DNA of 64,000 bases from Nageia nagi (Eukaryota > Plantae > Pinophyta), in the NCBI GenBank assembly GCA_050084985.1, contig JBITNC010000001.1, forward strand, positions 139,004,001 through 139,068,000, read 5' to 3'. The stretch's first letter is position 1. Every line of letters starts with the position of its first letter. The notes beneath the pieces were generated by a model. It did not search any database. It had not been told where the DNA came from and worked only from the letters and a program-made list of their open reading frames with translations. Below, in pieces: positions 22,014-36,059 of the stretch. The position numbers and the translations under genes were made by a program.

Positions 22014-25000
22014 TTACATTGTTTTGAAACACTAAAACTACCCTCAAATATTGATTCTCTTACAATTATAATGCTTTCAAACATCTCACTTCTTAGAAAA
22101 ATTGGATACTAGGTGCTTTAAACTTAGAAACTTTGTCTACTCGAGAAACCTTTATGCTTTATTGAAACCAATCTCTCAAGGATATAGAGTTTATCTCAAA
22201 TGCCTTCAAGTTCTTACATAAGTAATGAATTTATACTTTCATTAAAGATGAATCATGTATACTCCCTTATTTTGTATTCTTTGCATAATGTAATAGTTGA
22301 TCTCACTTCATTTGATGCTGACATGACTTCACTAGAAATCAAGACCTTGGAATAATAAACAAAATAAATTCTTAAACCAAACACACTCCAAAATATTTAC
22401 AAGGTAATACTTTTCCATTTCAACTTAATTCCTCACCCATGTAGGTTGGTAATGCTTTAAACATTGGCCATTTACTGTATTTGGTAATTCATGCCTATCA
22501 AGTTGACCAATATGAAGGCATTCTCTGTAATACATTTTGCTATTATATAATGCCTAGACCATAATGATTTAAAATTCTTATGTTTGTCTACCATTTCCCT
22601 ATCCTCATCCCATTTTAGAACCAACTATCCCTCTTTAAAGCTTTTTAATGATGCTTTCTAGCTATCAAACCATTTGTTTATAATTATGCTCCTTGCTTGC
22701 AAATCCATATAAGCTTTTTCTCAAGATTTTTTAAGATGTAATGCTTCATTAATCTAGACTTGTAATGATTTAAACTCACCACTATATTCCTTAGCAATCC
22801 TTAGAGCCAAGAACTCTATGCGATTAGGAAATTGAGCCCTTTTTTATATACAAGCACATAAGGACTAGTTTTGATTGAAGATTTAATAGTAATCCTATCT
22901 ACCCATAAGGCCCAATTTAGCTTTATGTGCCATGAATGGGGATTATCCTCCATTATTCTTATCAAGATCCTCATAAGGTTTTTGTTAGTACATTCATCTA
23001 ATCATATTCATGGCCGTGAGGTCCCTAGGACCTTCTTGAGATTCATGAGCAAACACCATCTCTAAGACCTTATAATTAGAGTCCAAAAAACTCTAGTCTT
23101 ATTGGATTGCTTGCTATAGGAATCTTCTTTAATTTCTTATCCATCCAAGCCTCTTGATTGGCCTTCACTTGTTAGTACTATTGCATTATCCCATTTATGG
23201 ACACCTGCTACCCAAAAATAATGATAAATAATGAATTAGGACTCAAATCTTGCATTGGTGCTGACATGATTTGCTTGCCCAATGTTGAACGGTTAACTTT
23301 GGTGGGGCCAGGGTTGACATTGATGATTGGGTTTACTAGTATAAGTGGATTTGCAAACATTGAATGAAATTGAGTGATAAGGGTGATGAATTATGTAGTT
23401 AAGATGGAGAGTGGAGGTGGAAGTGCTTAAGGTATGATTGGTGTAGGTGTGGTTGATGCTAATGTAAATAGAGTGACTAGCGGTATGAAAATAGGCAAAG
23501 GAGTTAGCATTGGTATTACTAGTGCAATTGATGAAGGAGATGTAGCTAGGATTAATTGATAAATTGAAGTAGAAGAAGAAGTAGAGTGGTAAAAGTGTGT
23601 ACCTAAGTGTGGAGTGGTATATTTGATATGCTTCTATGGTTGTATGATTTAAAGACTAGCATGAGTCTTTATTTTTGGAGAATTCTCTAAAACATTCTCT
23701 TTCAATGCTTGGGATTGATCTTCCTTTTCGCTACTTTCTTCTCCATCCAAAGAGCCTTCATTTGATGAATCAACATCATCAAGATATACTAGATTCCACA
23801 TCTTTACAAATATATCATCCATGTTTGACTCCAATGGTACAAACTAATTCTTGAATTCAATCCGATATTGACTAAAATTTTTTATCTTCTCCATAGACCA
23901 CTTATTGTTTTTAAGCTACTTTATGATGTTCTTTGAAATTCCATACTTCTTAGGGTCATTATTCACTTTTATTTCATAAAAAAATTAGCCATGGTGGGAT
24001 CAAATCCTTGGTGACCATGGCCATGGGCATTAGGGATTCATTTTCTCCCCTATTCCTCCATTGCTCAATTTTAGGTCTTTGCTCAACCTTGAAGCTTGGC
24101 AGGTTTGGTTGTAATTTATTTGATAGTTTTACTCTCCAGAAAATACTAGTCTTTGGTCTTTCCCTGAGGTAATCTCAAATAAAAGCTAGAATCTTCTAAT
24201 AGTCTAGTTAGTGGTATGCTAATCAAAGCCATGGTTGAGACTAAGAAATGTTCTACAAATGAGTAATAACATCTTCAAGACTTAATTTCTTCATTCCAAT
24301 TATCCACAAACCTAACATCTCTATTACTATCAACTTTCCTCAATTGTAACCTAATGAAGGAGTTAGGGTTTTGATGGATGAAAAGCCAAATGATGTACGA
24401 TACACAAGCAAAATGGGAACCATCACCGATTATTGTTAATTGCTCTATGATAACATCTAAAATTACTACCAACCAATCAAATATGGAAGGATTAGAAGGA
24501 TGAGAGATTTTGTTAGCAATGGTTGATTAAGTAGGTGATGCAAATCTATCAATTTCTTCACCCATCACTATGCTAATCATAGATATAAGCAACTAAAGGT
24601 GTTAATAAAAAAGAGATATGGGGACATCTATTTGTGAGAATTCCATGAAATCTATAGTAGAGCATTTCTTTATCTACTTTAAAACCTTCAAGCTCATTAT
24701 GGGGGAAGGTCTCATATCAAGATCCAATAAAATAGGGGTTATTTGATATGTAGATGATTTGAAAGCAACTATGATGGCTTGGGGAGTTAAATTTAAAACC
24801 ATTTTGCCATACAAGTCTCTAACTACCCTATCTAATGGGTCAAAGTCTCTCTTTATCAATTAAATGAGCTCTAGTGTAGGAAGACATCTATGGGGGATGA
24901 AGTACATCAAGTCAGAGCCCATGGGTGAATGTGCAATATGATTAAAACTTAAAATTAGGCATTTACCTTTAGAAGTGCCCTTTAGATTCTTATTTTTTGC

Positions 25001-28000
25001 AATGATCTTGGTATCCCATAACAGCTCCATGGAGTCAATGAACTTCTTCAAATTCTTACCTTGAGCATGAGACATTTACATTGTTTTGAAACACTAAAAC
25101 TACACCCAAATATTGATTCTCTTACTATGATAATGCTTTCAAACATCTCACTTCTTAGAAAAATTGGACACTCGATGCTTTTAACTTAGAAACTTTGTCT
25201 ACTCGAGAAAACTTTATGCTCAATTGAAACCAATCTCTCAAGGATATAGTGTTTATCTCAAATGCCTTCAAATTCTTACATAAGTAATGAATTTATACTT
25301 TCATTAAAGATGAATCATGTATACTCCCTTATTTTGTAATCTTTGCATAATGTAATAGTTGATCTCATTTCATTTGATGCTAACATGACATCACTAGAAA
25401 TCAATACCTTGGAATAATAAACAAAATAAATGCATAAACCAAACACACCTCAAAATATTTACAAGGTAATACTTTTCCATTTCAACTTAATTCCTCACCC
25501 ATGTAGGTTGGTAATGCTTTAAATGTTGGTCATTTACCGTATTTGGTAATTCATGCCTATCAAGCTTGACCAATATGAAGGCATTCTCTGCAATACATTT
25601 TGCTATTATATAATCCCTAGACCATAATGATTTAAACTTCTTATGTTTTCCTACCTTTTCCCTATCCTCATCCCATTTTAGAACCAACTCTCCCTCTTTA
25701 AATCTTTTTGATGATGCTTTCTAGCTATCAAACCATTTGTTTATAATTATGCTCCTTGCGTGCAAATCCATATAAGCTTTTTCTCAAGATTCTTTAAGAT
25801 GTAATACTTCATTAATCTAGACTTGTAATGATTCAAACTCACCACTATATTCCTTAGCAATCCTTAGAGCCAAGAACTCTATGTGATTAGGAAATTGAGC
25901 CCTTTTTCATATACAAGCACATAAGGACTAGTTTGGATTGAAGATTTAATAGTAATCCTATCTACCCATAAGGCCCAATTTAGCTTTATGTGCCATGAAT
26001 GGAGATTATCCTCCATTATTCTTATCAAGATCCTCATAAGGTTTTTGTTAGTACATTCAGCTAATCATATTCATGGTCGTGAGGTCCCTGGGACCTTCTT
26101 GAGATTCATGAGCAAACACCATCTCTAATACCTTATAATTAGAGTCCAAAAAACTCTAGTCTTATTGGATTGCTTGCTATAGGAATCTTCTTTACTTTCT
26201 TATCCATCCAAGCCTCTTGATTGGCCTTCAATGCTAATACTATTGCATTATCCCATTGATGGACACCTGCTACCCAAAAATAGTGATAAACAATGAATTA
26301 GGACTCAAATCTTGCATTGGTGTTGACATGATTTGCTTACCCAATGTTGAAGGGTTAACTTTGGTGGGGCCAAGGTTGACATTAATGATTGGGTTTACTA
26401 GTAAAAGTGGATTTGCAAACATTGAGGGAAATTAAGTGATAGGGGTGATTAATTATGTAGTTAAGATGGATAGTGGAGGTGGAAGTGGTTAAGGTATGAT
26501 TGGTGTAGGTGTCGTTGATGCTAATGTAAATAGAGTGACTAGTAGTATGAAAATAGGCAAAGGAGTTAGCATTGGTATTACTAGTGCAACTGATGAAGGA
26601 GATGTAGCTAGGATTAATTGATAAATTGAAGTAGAAGAAGAAGTAGAGTGGTAAAAGTGTGTACCTAAGTGTGGAGTGGTATATTTTATATGCTTATATG
26701 GTTGTATGATTTAATGACTAGCATGAGGCTTTATTTTTGAAGAATATACCTTTTCAACATTCTATGGAGAATTCTCTTAAACATTCTCTTTCAATGCTTG
26801 GGATTGATCTTCCTTTTTGGGTACTTTCTTCTCCATACAAAGAGCCTTCATTTGATGAATCAACATCATCAAGATATACTAGATTCCACATATTTACAAA
26901 TATATCATCCATGTTTGACTCCAATGGTGCAAACTAATTCTTGAATTCAATCCAATATTGACTAAGAGTTGTTATCTTCTCCATAGACCACTTATTACTC
27001 TTAAGCTACTTTATGATGTTCTTTGAAATGCCATACTTCTTAGGGTCATTATTCACTTTTATTTCATAAAAAAATTAGCCATGGTGGGATCAAATCCTTG
27101 GTGACCATGGCCATGGGCATTAGGGATTCATTTTCTCCCCTATTCCTCCATTGCTCAATTTTAGGTCTTTGCTCAACCTTGAAGCTTGGCAGGTTTGGTT
27201 GTAATTTATTTGATAGTTTTACTCTCCAGAAAATACTAGTCTTTGGTCTTTCCCTGAGGTAATCTCAAATAAAAGCTAGAATCTTCTAATAGTCTAGTTA
27301 GTGGTATGCTAATCAAAGCCATGGTTGAGACTAAGAAATGTTCTACAAATGAGTAATAACATCTTCAAGACTTAATTTCTTCATTCCAATTATCCACAAA
27401 CCTAACATCTCTATTACTATCAACTTTCCTCAATTGTAACCTAATGAAGGAGTTAGGGTTTTGATGGATGAAAAGCCAAATGATGTACGATACACAAGCA
27501 AAATGGGAACCATCACCGATTATTGTTAATTGCTCTATGATAACATCTAAAATTACTACCAACCAATCAAATATGGAAGGATTAGAAGGATGAGAGATTT
27601 TGTTAGCAATGGTTGATTAAGTAGGTGATGCAAATCTATCAATTTCTTCACCCATCACTATGCTAATCATAGATATAAGCAACTAAAGGTGTTAATAAAA
27701 AAGAGATATGGGGACATCTATTTGTGAGAATTCCATGAAATCTATAGTAGAGCATTTCTTTATCTACTTTAAAACCTTCAAGCTCATTATGGGGGAAGGT
27801 CTCATATCAAGATCCAATAAAATAGGGGTTATTTGATATGTAGATGATTTGAAAGCAACTATGATGGCTTGGGGAGTTAAATTTAAAACCATTTTGCCAT
27901 ACAAGTCTCTAACTACCCTATCTAATGGGTCAAAGTCTCTCTTTATCAATTAAATGAGCTCTAGTGTAGGAAGACATCTATGGGGGATGAAGTACATCAA

Positions 28001-29156
28001 GTCAGAGCCCATGGGTGAATGTGCAATATGATTAAAACTTAAAATTAGGCATTTACCTTTAGAAGTGCCCTTTAGATTCTTATTTTTTGCAATGATCTTG
28101 GTATCCCATAACAGCTCCATGGAGTCAATGAACTTCTTCAAATTCTTACCTTGAGCATGAGACATTTACATTGTTTTGAAACACTAAAACTACACCCAAA
28201 TATTGATTCTCTTACTATGATAATGCTTTCAAACATCTCACTTCTTAGAAAAATTGGACACTCGATGCTTTTAACTTAGAAACTTTGTCTACTCGAGAAA
28301 ACTTTATGCTCAATTGAAACCAATCTCTCAAGGATATAGTGTTTATCTCAAATGCCTTCAAATTCTTACATAAGTAATGAATTTATACTTTCATTAAAGA
28401 TGAATCATGTATACTCCCTTATTTTGTAATCTTTGCATAATGTAATAGTTGATCTCATTTCATTTGATGCTAACATGACATCACTAGAAATCAATACCTT
28501 GGAATAATAAACAAAATAAATGCATAAACCAAACACACCTCAAAATATTTACAAGGTAATACTTTTCCATTTCAACTTAATTCCTCACCCATGTAGGTTG
28601 GTAATGCTTTAAATGTTGGTCATTTACCGTATTTGGTAATTCATGCCTATCAAGCTTGACCAATATGAAGGCATTCTCTGCAATACATTTTGCTATTATA
28701 TAATCCCTAGACCATAATGATTTAAACTTCTTATGTTTTCCTACCTTTTCCCTATCCTCATCCCATTTTAGAACCAACTCTCCCTCTTTAAATCTTTTTG
28801 ATGATGCTTTCTAGCTATCAAACCATTTGTTTATAATTATGCTCCTTGCGTGCAAATCCATATAAGCTTTTTCTCAAGATTCTTTAAGATGTAATACTTC
28901 ATTAATCTAGACTTGTAATGATTCAAACTCACCACTATATTCCTTAGCAATCCTTAGAGCCAAGAACTCTATGCGATTAGGAAATTGAGCCCTTTTTCAT
29001 ATACAAGCACATAAGGACTAGTTTGGATTGAAGATTTAATAGTAATCCTATCTACCCATAAGGCCCAATTTAGCTTTATGTGCCATGAATGGAGATTATC
29101 CTCCATTATTCTTATCAAGATCCTCATAAGGTTTTTGTTAGTACATTCAACTAATC
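19917..29156 (-). repeat. Three tandem ~3.06-3.09 kb units (integrase C-terminal half plus first two-thirds of the extra ORF)
   Basis: Units start tattcatgg at 19917, 23005 and 26068. Identical ORFs occur 3090 bp apart (24860..25075 vs 27950..28165). Confidence 0.95.
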
Positions 29157-29700
29157 CATTACCTTAAGGATAATAATTTGAAGAAATTTTCTAGTAAATA
29201 ACATGCTTTAATACAAACACAGATACTTTAGCCCCAAAGAAAGTTAGACCATTATCAGATATAATTGTTTGAAGGATTCCATACCTAGTTATTAGTCTTT
29301 CAATGAACTTGATATTGATTTTCTAATCTACTTTATTAACAACTTCAACCTCCAACCACCTAGTAAAATAATTAGTTATTGTGAGATTAAATTTATGTTT
29401 GATTGAAAAATTATGATTAATCACCCCAATGAAATCCAACCCCTATTGTTGGAACATGGTAGGCTAGTAATAACCTACCTGTATAATTTTTCCTACTATA
29501 GTATAGCTAGAATACTATCCTCTAAAAACCCTAGAATGGAACTCCTTGATTAACTAGGTAGGTTTAAATGAAGGTACACACCTTAATAAGACCCTATCAT
29601 GGTTTCTTCTATAGAGAACCTGATTTATCTCTATATGATTTTTAGAATGAATCTTAAATCTCCTTCTTTATGAAGCATTGAGATGTGAAGGCAATTTTTT
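28577..29700 (-). pseudogene. Integrase (TatII), decayed
   Basis: VLYRRNHDRVLLRCV, IKEFHS..., FQQ*GLDFIGVINH..TITNYFTRWLE, and C-terminal LVLKWD..KHKKFKSLW..VNDQHLKHY. Confidence 0.92.
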
Positions 29701-29859
29701 GGTTTAGAAGTGCTTACCCAACTAAGACATCTAATCTCCTACCTCATCATTAGGACTTGCATTGGATCCTCCTATTCCATGAAATACATCATTCTTTCCC
29801 CTTAATCCATTTTGCTTGCTAGCTGTTTGCAAAGAGCTCTTCCCTTTATAAGCTTGGTA

Positions 29860-31250
29860 GGGAAAATCTCTACATCATATTTAAGGATTTTAGAGATCCA
29901 CCTGTGTCTTCCCTCACCCATCTCACCTTGCATAATATAAGACCTATCACCTAGGTGAATGGTTAGGACAAATATTTTACTTTGAGCTACATAATGTTAT
30001 AGCTTGTTGATGGCCTTCAAGATTGCTAACACTTGTTTTTTAATGAAAGTGTACTTCTCTTCATAGTTTTTAATAGTTTGACTAAAGAAATCAATTTGGT
30101 ATTCATCATTATTATCATCTTTTTGTGTTAACACAACAACAACACTTACCTTTGAATCATATGCATATAATATGAATTCTTTATTAAAATTTAGACTTCT
30201 TAATACTATAGCTTTGGTTATTGCTGATTTGATTTGTTTGAAATCTTGCTTCCCTTGTTCATTCCATATAAAGGATGCATCTTTTTTTAACATTGCAGTA
30301 ATAGGTTTAATGATACCTAACAAATCATGAATAAATCTTCTTACAAAATTGTTTCATCCTAAAAAGACTCCAACTATTTTCTATTATAAGGTAGAGATAG
30401 ACTATTAATAGCCTCAACTCTATCTAAATCAACGAACCATCCTTCTTTAGAAATAACATGACCTAAGAGTTTGCTATCATTTACTACAAAGATAGAATTT
30501 TTTGGATTAATGGAAATTTCAAATTTCTTACATATAATAAAAGCCTATTCTATATGTTGAATGTGGCCCTCTTTTTTATGTAAGAATATGGGAATGTCAT
30601 CTAGATAAACCAATAAGCTTTTATTTATCAAACCCTCAAAAGCATGATTCATTACTTTTTGGAAAGTGGCTCTAGTATTAGATAGCCCAAAAGGCATCCT
30701 TTGAGAGGCAAAAGTTCCCCATTTTATGGTGAAGGCAGTCTTGAATTGATCTTCATTTTTAACCCATATTTGATTATATCTAGAGAAACCATCTATCAAA
30801 GATAAGCATTTTACTCTAGCTACAATGTTTAATATTTATTCCATTATGGGAAATGGATAATGATCTTTCAAAGAAACCCTATTCAAACCTCTAAAATCTA
30901 CACATAGCTAGATCTCTCCATTCTTCTTCATGATAGGCACCAAGTTAGCTACCCATGTAGAATGTTTTATAGGATAAATTATACCAACTTTGTACAACTT
31001 TAATACTTCCTATTTCATGGCAAGCTCTATGTTCGGATTGACAAGCCTTTGTTTTAGTCTTATAGGTTTGATATATTTGATTAGTTCAATAGTATGTTGG
31101 ATTATAGATTTATCAAACACCTTTAAATACTCATAAGGCCAAGCAATTATATTAACATAAACTTTGCACAACTGTATGATTTTTTCATTTTATTGAATAG
31201 TGGTGCATGTACCAACTTTAATAAATTTTCTAAGAAATATTTCATATTCT
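29860..31250 (-). pseudogene. Reverse transcriptase and retroviral-type RNase H, decayed
   Basis: IDGFSRYNQI..DQFKTAFTIKWGTFASQRMPFGLSN..LLVYLDD and FILYAYDS..VLTQKDD..FFSQ..YTFIKKQ. Confidence 0.95.
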
Positions 31251-31539
31251 CTAAAATTATCATGATTTATGTTAATACCTCTTCTTTTAACCTGATCCTT
31301 TCTATCAAATAATCCTTCAAATGGAATCAAATCCTTTGGAATGGTGTTATTATTCAATTGAATCACATCCTATTCCTTGAAATAATTTGGATCTTCCTCT
31401 CCAACAGCATGGCACATAGAATGATGCAACAAGAACTAATTGATTTGAGCTTCATCTTAGAAAACTTGTTAAAAGGAATCATTATCTAGAAAAGAGGGTC
31501 TAAAAATGAGTTGAACTCCCTTTCTCTAGAACTAATACG

Positions 31540-31925
31540 ATCAAAACTAGCTCCCATTTGAGCTAAAGCATTAGCTTCTAAATTGAACCTTCTAGGGACT
31601 AATTGTATATGTAGGGCTTCAAATTTTTCAAACAAATCTCATACCCTATTTTTGTAAAATTTCAAATAATGATGCTTTACAAAACATTTTCCTATAACTT
31701 GATTCACCACTAATTCTGAGTCCCCTTTGATTATTAAGCATATGATCTTCCTTTTTATTGCTTATTCTAAACTAAGTCAAGGGGCTTCATATTTGGTTAC
31801 ATTATTGGTGTACAACCATTTAATTCTATATGAAAACTTATAGAACTTTTTAGTAGGATCAATCAATACTATTCTAGTGCTTGATCCATTTTTGGATCTA
31901 GCTAGATCAAAGAATATTTCCTAAA
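31540..31925 (-). pseudogene. Archaeal-type RNase H (aRH) located between protease and RT
   Basis: IFFDLARSKNGS..VLIDP..TNNVTKYEA..IKGDSELVVNQV..VPRRFNLEANALA. Confidence 0.92.
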
Positions 31926-32149
31926 TCTTGCCCTATTTGAAATCTTTAATAGTAAGTTTGGGTATGAAAAAATATGATTCTATCAAATAGTAATTCCCAA
32001 ATGCCACATCATGGATTGTGTTGATCATATTCATAGAATAGGGGTCCTTAGTTTATAATTCTTGTAATAACTGATCTATCTCCTCTACTTGACTCAACAC
32101 TGCATTAACTTCCTCTTTTTATTCAACATGCACATCAATAATCTTTTCA

Positions 32150-32661
32150 TTATCTAGTCTAACCCTTTTGCCCCCACAAGGAATTAGATAATGAGTATAG
32201 TCCATTGCTTGATAACCTCCTATCTTGGTTGTGAACTCCTAGGATAGACATAACCCAAACAAAGGGGGTAGTTCAACCACTACAATTTTTTATGTAATAA
32301 CCATAGAAGGAAACTTATTACATTTCATAACTATATCTTTAATAACACCAATAGTTTTGATCAGTGTTGAATCTAATTGTAATACTTCTATAGATGTCCT
32401 TGTAAGGGGTAATCCCATGACATCACATATTGCTTTAGGCATGATAGTAGTGGCTGCTCCAAAGTCAAGTACACAATTATGTAACACATACCCTTCAATT
32501 TCTAAAATCATATAGAAAGTTGGGGGCTTAGTTTTTTCCATTCTTGAATACGATGTTTTAAACAAATTTAGCACCCTATTCACTCCTTCATTTAATGCAA
32601 TTAAGGCTATTCTCAATAGGTCAATTTGCCCAAGAATCTTTAATGCATCAAATAAAGACAC
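32150..32661 (-). pseudogene. Aspartic protease, decayed
   Basis: KPPTFYMILEIEGYVLHNCVLDFGAATTIMPKAIC (DSG mutated to DFG). Confidence 0.88.
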
Positions 32662-32999
32662 CTTAATGGGAGTTCTTTTTAATTCCTTAATAATATTGAA
32701 ATTAGGAATAAGTTGAGGCTTACCATCTTAATCTACAAATTTTTTTTGGAATTGTTGAGTATCATCTCTCCTTTGGTGTTTGGTGATTGAAGGGAATCAT
32801 AATTTTCATATGATCTCATCACTAGCCTCATTAATTTTAGGCATCTATTTATCTTTTAAAATTGACAATTTATGAGGTAAAATTTCTTTCATAGGTACTT
32901 TGTCTTTAGAACTAGTAGTAACATCATCTTTCTTGATAGTCATCGGATATTGGTTCTTTTAGGGTACAAACATTATATTCTAGTAATTTGATACATATG

Positions 33000-34131
33000 G
33001 CCTCTTTGTAGACCTTGTCTCCACAGCAAAGAAACTAACATCAAATGGAGCAAAATTCATCATGTTGACATTTCGACTTATATCATCAATCATTCCTAAA
33101 GGAGGAATTCTCCCATTCCTTGATAAATATTCTTGATACTAATAGATGAGGCAAGACATTTGCTCATGAGCATCATTACGAGCTAAGCATAAGCTCGCCA
33201 CTTTTCCCAAAGAAGAAACTTGATCCATATTTTTTGCTAAAACATGCCAATTTTGAAACTTTTCAACAATTGGATACAAGAATCTCCTAGCATTATTCTA
33301 TCTACTCAAAAGAGTAATTTGGTTAGCCATGTTTCTGGATAAGAATTTCAATTCTTAGATCTCATTTAATATCGATAATACCTAATTTACTCTAGACTGA
33401 GGTGGATTAGGTAAAGCCAAAGGTGCTCTTGGGATAGAAAAGGCTAGAGGAAAATGTTACACAAGAGCAGGAATACTAGCAAGAGGTAGGGCCATATAGA
33501 TTCCTTGAGGGCCTAATACTTAATTTTGAGGTAATATTGGAAAGTATGGCATAAACATTCATCTTGGTAGTTTTCCTACATAGATGAGACAAGCTTTAGT
33601 AAACATTGATTGCTTATAAACTTCTAAAAATGAAAGATCCAAAGGGAAGGCTCTTAGATAATACATCAAAGCTTGAGATTGCTAAGGCATAACTAACATT
33701 AAAACTCTCTTCCAAGACTTTTAGAACTTAATTTTGAGGTTCAAAATATTCTCCTATTCATATCTTTTGATAGAAATAAATTGGGTTAACAAGGAGAAAG
33801 GATGTCCTACTTCATTAAACTCCAAAATGAAGGGTTCTACCAACTAGGCCCATGAAGTAACATATCCATTATCAAGGCCTCAGTACCAATCAAGGACATT
33901 GCCCTTAAATGACTATGCTAGTAGTCTCACCATAACATCTTCATGTTGAATATTATGAATCTTAGCAGAATTGACTACATCCACATAATAATCATAAGCT
34001 ATTTTCTATGTTGTTGGATCAAAATATGGTAAAGTATTAAAAACACTAGTTGGGATATCATGTAAAGTATCTAAGGCTATAGGTAACCCATTATCCCATG
34101 TAGGATAAATATTTGGAGATAGATTAGCCAT
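33000..34131 (-). pseudogene. gag, decayed
   Basis: MANLSPN..LHDIP...LPYFDP followed by HEDVMVRLLA.SFKGNVLDWY-type gag motif, positioned just 3' of the PBS. Confidence 0.8.
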
Positions 34132-34422
34132 CTTAAGAGAAACAACTTTACTAGGAAGATTAAAAGGTACTAGTTTATATGAAGTCACTAAAGTATTAAT
34201 ACTCCCCAAAGATATAGACTTGATCAAGGGCTTTCTTTTGGGAACATCAACCTGTCTAAATTCTAGAACTTCTTTTTCTACCTTAGATTTAGATCTTGTC
34301 CACACAAACTCTAACAACAACATAAAACTATGGGTTCTAAAAATGAAATGATGATTGTAAAGGGTTCATTTGTATACCTACCATCATTTTCACTTTTAGT
34401 AGAGTTGCTAATAAATTTTTAG

Positions 34423-34440
34423 GTCCCACTAGGCATGCCA
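34423..34440 (-). other. Primer-binding site complementary to tRNA-Arg 3' end
   Basis: Plus strand gtcccactaggcatgcca equals CpG-decayed GTCCCACCGGGCGTGCCA, the Tat/Ogre tRNA-Arg PBS. Confidence 0.8.
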
Positions 34441-34445
34441 AAAAA

Positions 34446-35991
34446 TATACTATTGATTAAGATTGTGTAATAACTTCACCTGCTACAATCTCAATAATAA
34501 TATACTATGAAAAGACTATCCATGATAATCTGATCTTTGGAGAAGGTTGATTCCTTATACATTGGGTATAAACTATAAAGAAAAAGTAACCAAAAAGGAA
34601 TAAATGGGTAAAAATATGAGGAATGAAATAAAGATATAGAGTAACAAGGAATAAAGCAAAGGGGTGGATCACTAGTTCAATGCAGGCTTCCATAGTGTGT
34701 GAAACCTTAGCAAAAACCTAGCGTAGCAACCATAGAGCAAGCCTTCACTCTCTTAATTATTTCTTAGTATACATTTTACCATGTAATATACATAATTATT
34801 ACAACACATTGCTATTATTATTAAGAAAACATTCATCAATTCCCACAACATAACCAGATTAAGAATAATTCAAACGAGTGTTGGGAAAGAAAGGTCAATA
34901 TAGTATCATATTATTGAGGAAATAAAAGGTCTTCAAAAATAAATACAAGGGGAAATACTAGGGATTCCAACCTATTTGTATTATTATTTCCTCTACTTAT
35001 ACAAAAAGTAAAGTAACTATAATATAATTGAAAAGATCAAACGATTACATAAAAATGCCTCAATAATCCCAATCTTCTTTTTTGAAGTTTTCTTCATGAT
35101 AGTTATGTCTTTTGAATTTTTTTGACCACCCATGTCTTTTTTAGAATCCTTTGCAATGGTCTATAGCTCTAGTAAGGTTCTTCATAATTTTTCCTACTTT
35201 TTTGGAAGTAAAAAGCTATTTCAAAAGTTTTTGGGTGCTACTCCTATGGTTTTGAAACATTATGAGCTTTTTTGGGCCTTTCCTTTTATATCTATTTCTC
35301 TTCTAGAGCTCTATGATCATTTCAAAGATGTCAATTTATATCCTAGGCCTTTTCATCTTATTCCTTCTCTTGAGGCTCTATGTTGAATCAAATTAGAATT
35401 ACAAATGCTCCTTGATGATGTCACTTATCTTAGGCCTAGTTGTAAGAACAAAAATGGGACCTTTGCACTCCATGGTATTTCCTCTAGGGTCATCTTCTAC
35501 TTGGTTCATTTGTTTTCTATTCCATCTTCTTTGGGGCCCACACATCCTCTTGATATCATCATCTCTCTTTAGGTTTGGTTATAAGATAAAAATGAAACTT
35601 CCATGCTTTGGGTGATGTCACATCAGGAAATGTCTTATACTTAGCCATTTTTACTCTACTTGTTCCCAAGGTTGCTAGGTCGAGTAGACTTTGGAATTTC
35701 AAATTCTTTGAATGATGTTGTCTCACCTCAAGCTTGAAATAAAGAACCAAAATAGGACCTTCACACTCTATAAACTCTTCTAATGACATCATCATCTCCT
35801 AGGTTCAATGATAAGATAAAAATGAAACTTTGCTACTCTGCATGATGTCATCTCTCCCTAGATCCCTTTATACTTAGCTTATTTTCATTTGAAAGACTCT
35901 GAAATCTCTATAACTACAAAAGAATGCTTTAAATACATTATATACAATTTCAAGGCCTTCCCAAAGATGTAGAATTATATATAAGTATACA
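34446..35991 (-). repeat. 5' LTR of TatII element
   Basis: Adjacent to the PBS; direct repeat of 17197-18736. Confidence 0.92.
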
Positions 35992-36014
35992 TTAATACTA
36001 CATATTTAGTCTAG

Positions 36015-36017
<3 letters not shown>

Positions 36018-36057
<40 letters not shown>
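36018..36057. repeat. (AT)n microsatellite, ~20 units
   Basis: Direct inspection. Confidence 0.97.

Positions 36058-36059
<2 letters not shown>

Larger units (their letters stand above)
17197..35991 (-). mobile_element. Full-length decayed Ty3/gypsy TatII-type LTR retrotransposon with internal triplication
   Basis: Two ~1.54 kb LTRs, a tRNA-Arg PBS, and order gag-PR-aRH-RT-RH-INT-extra ORF. Possible imperfect TSD gtaat/ttaat. Confidence 0.92.
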
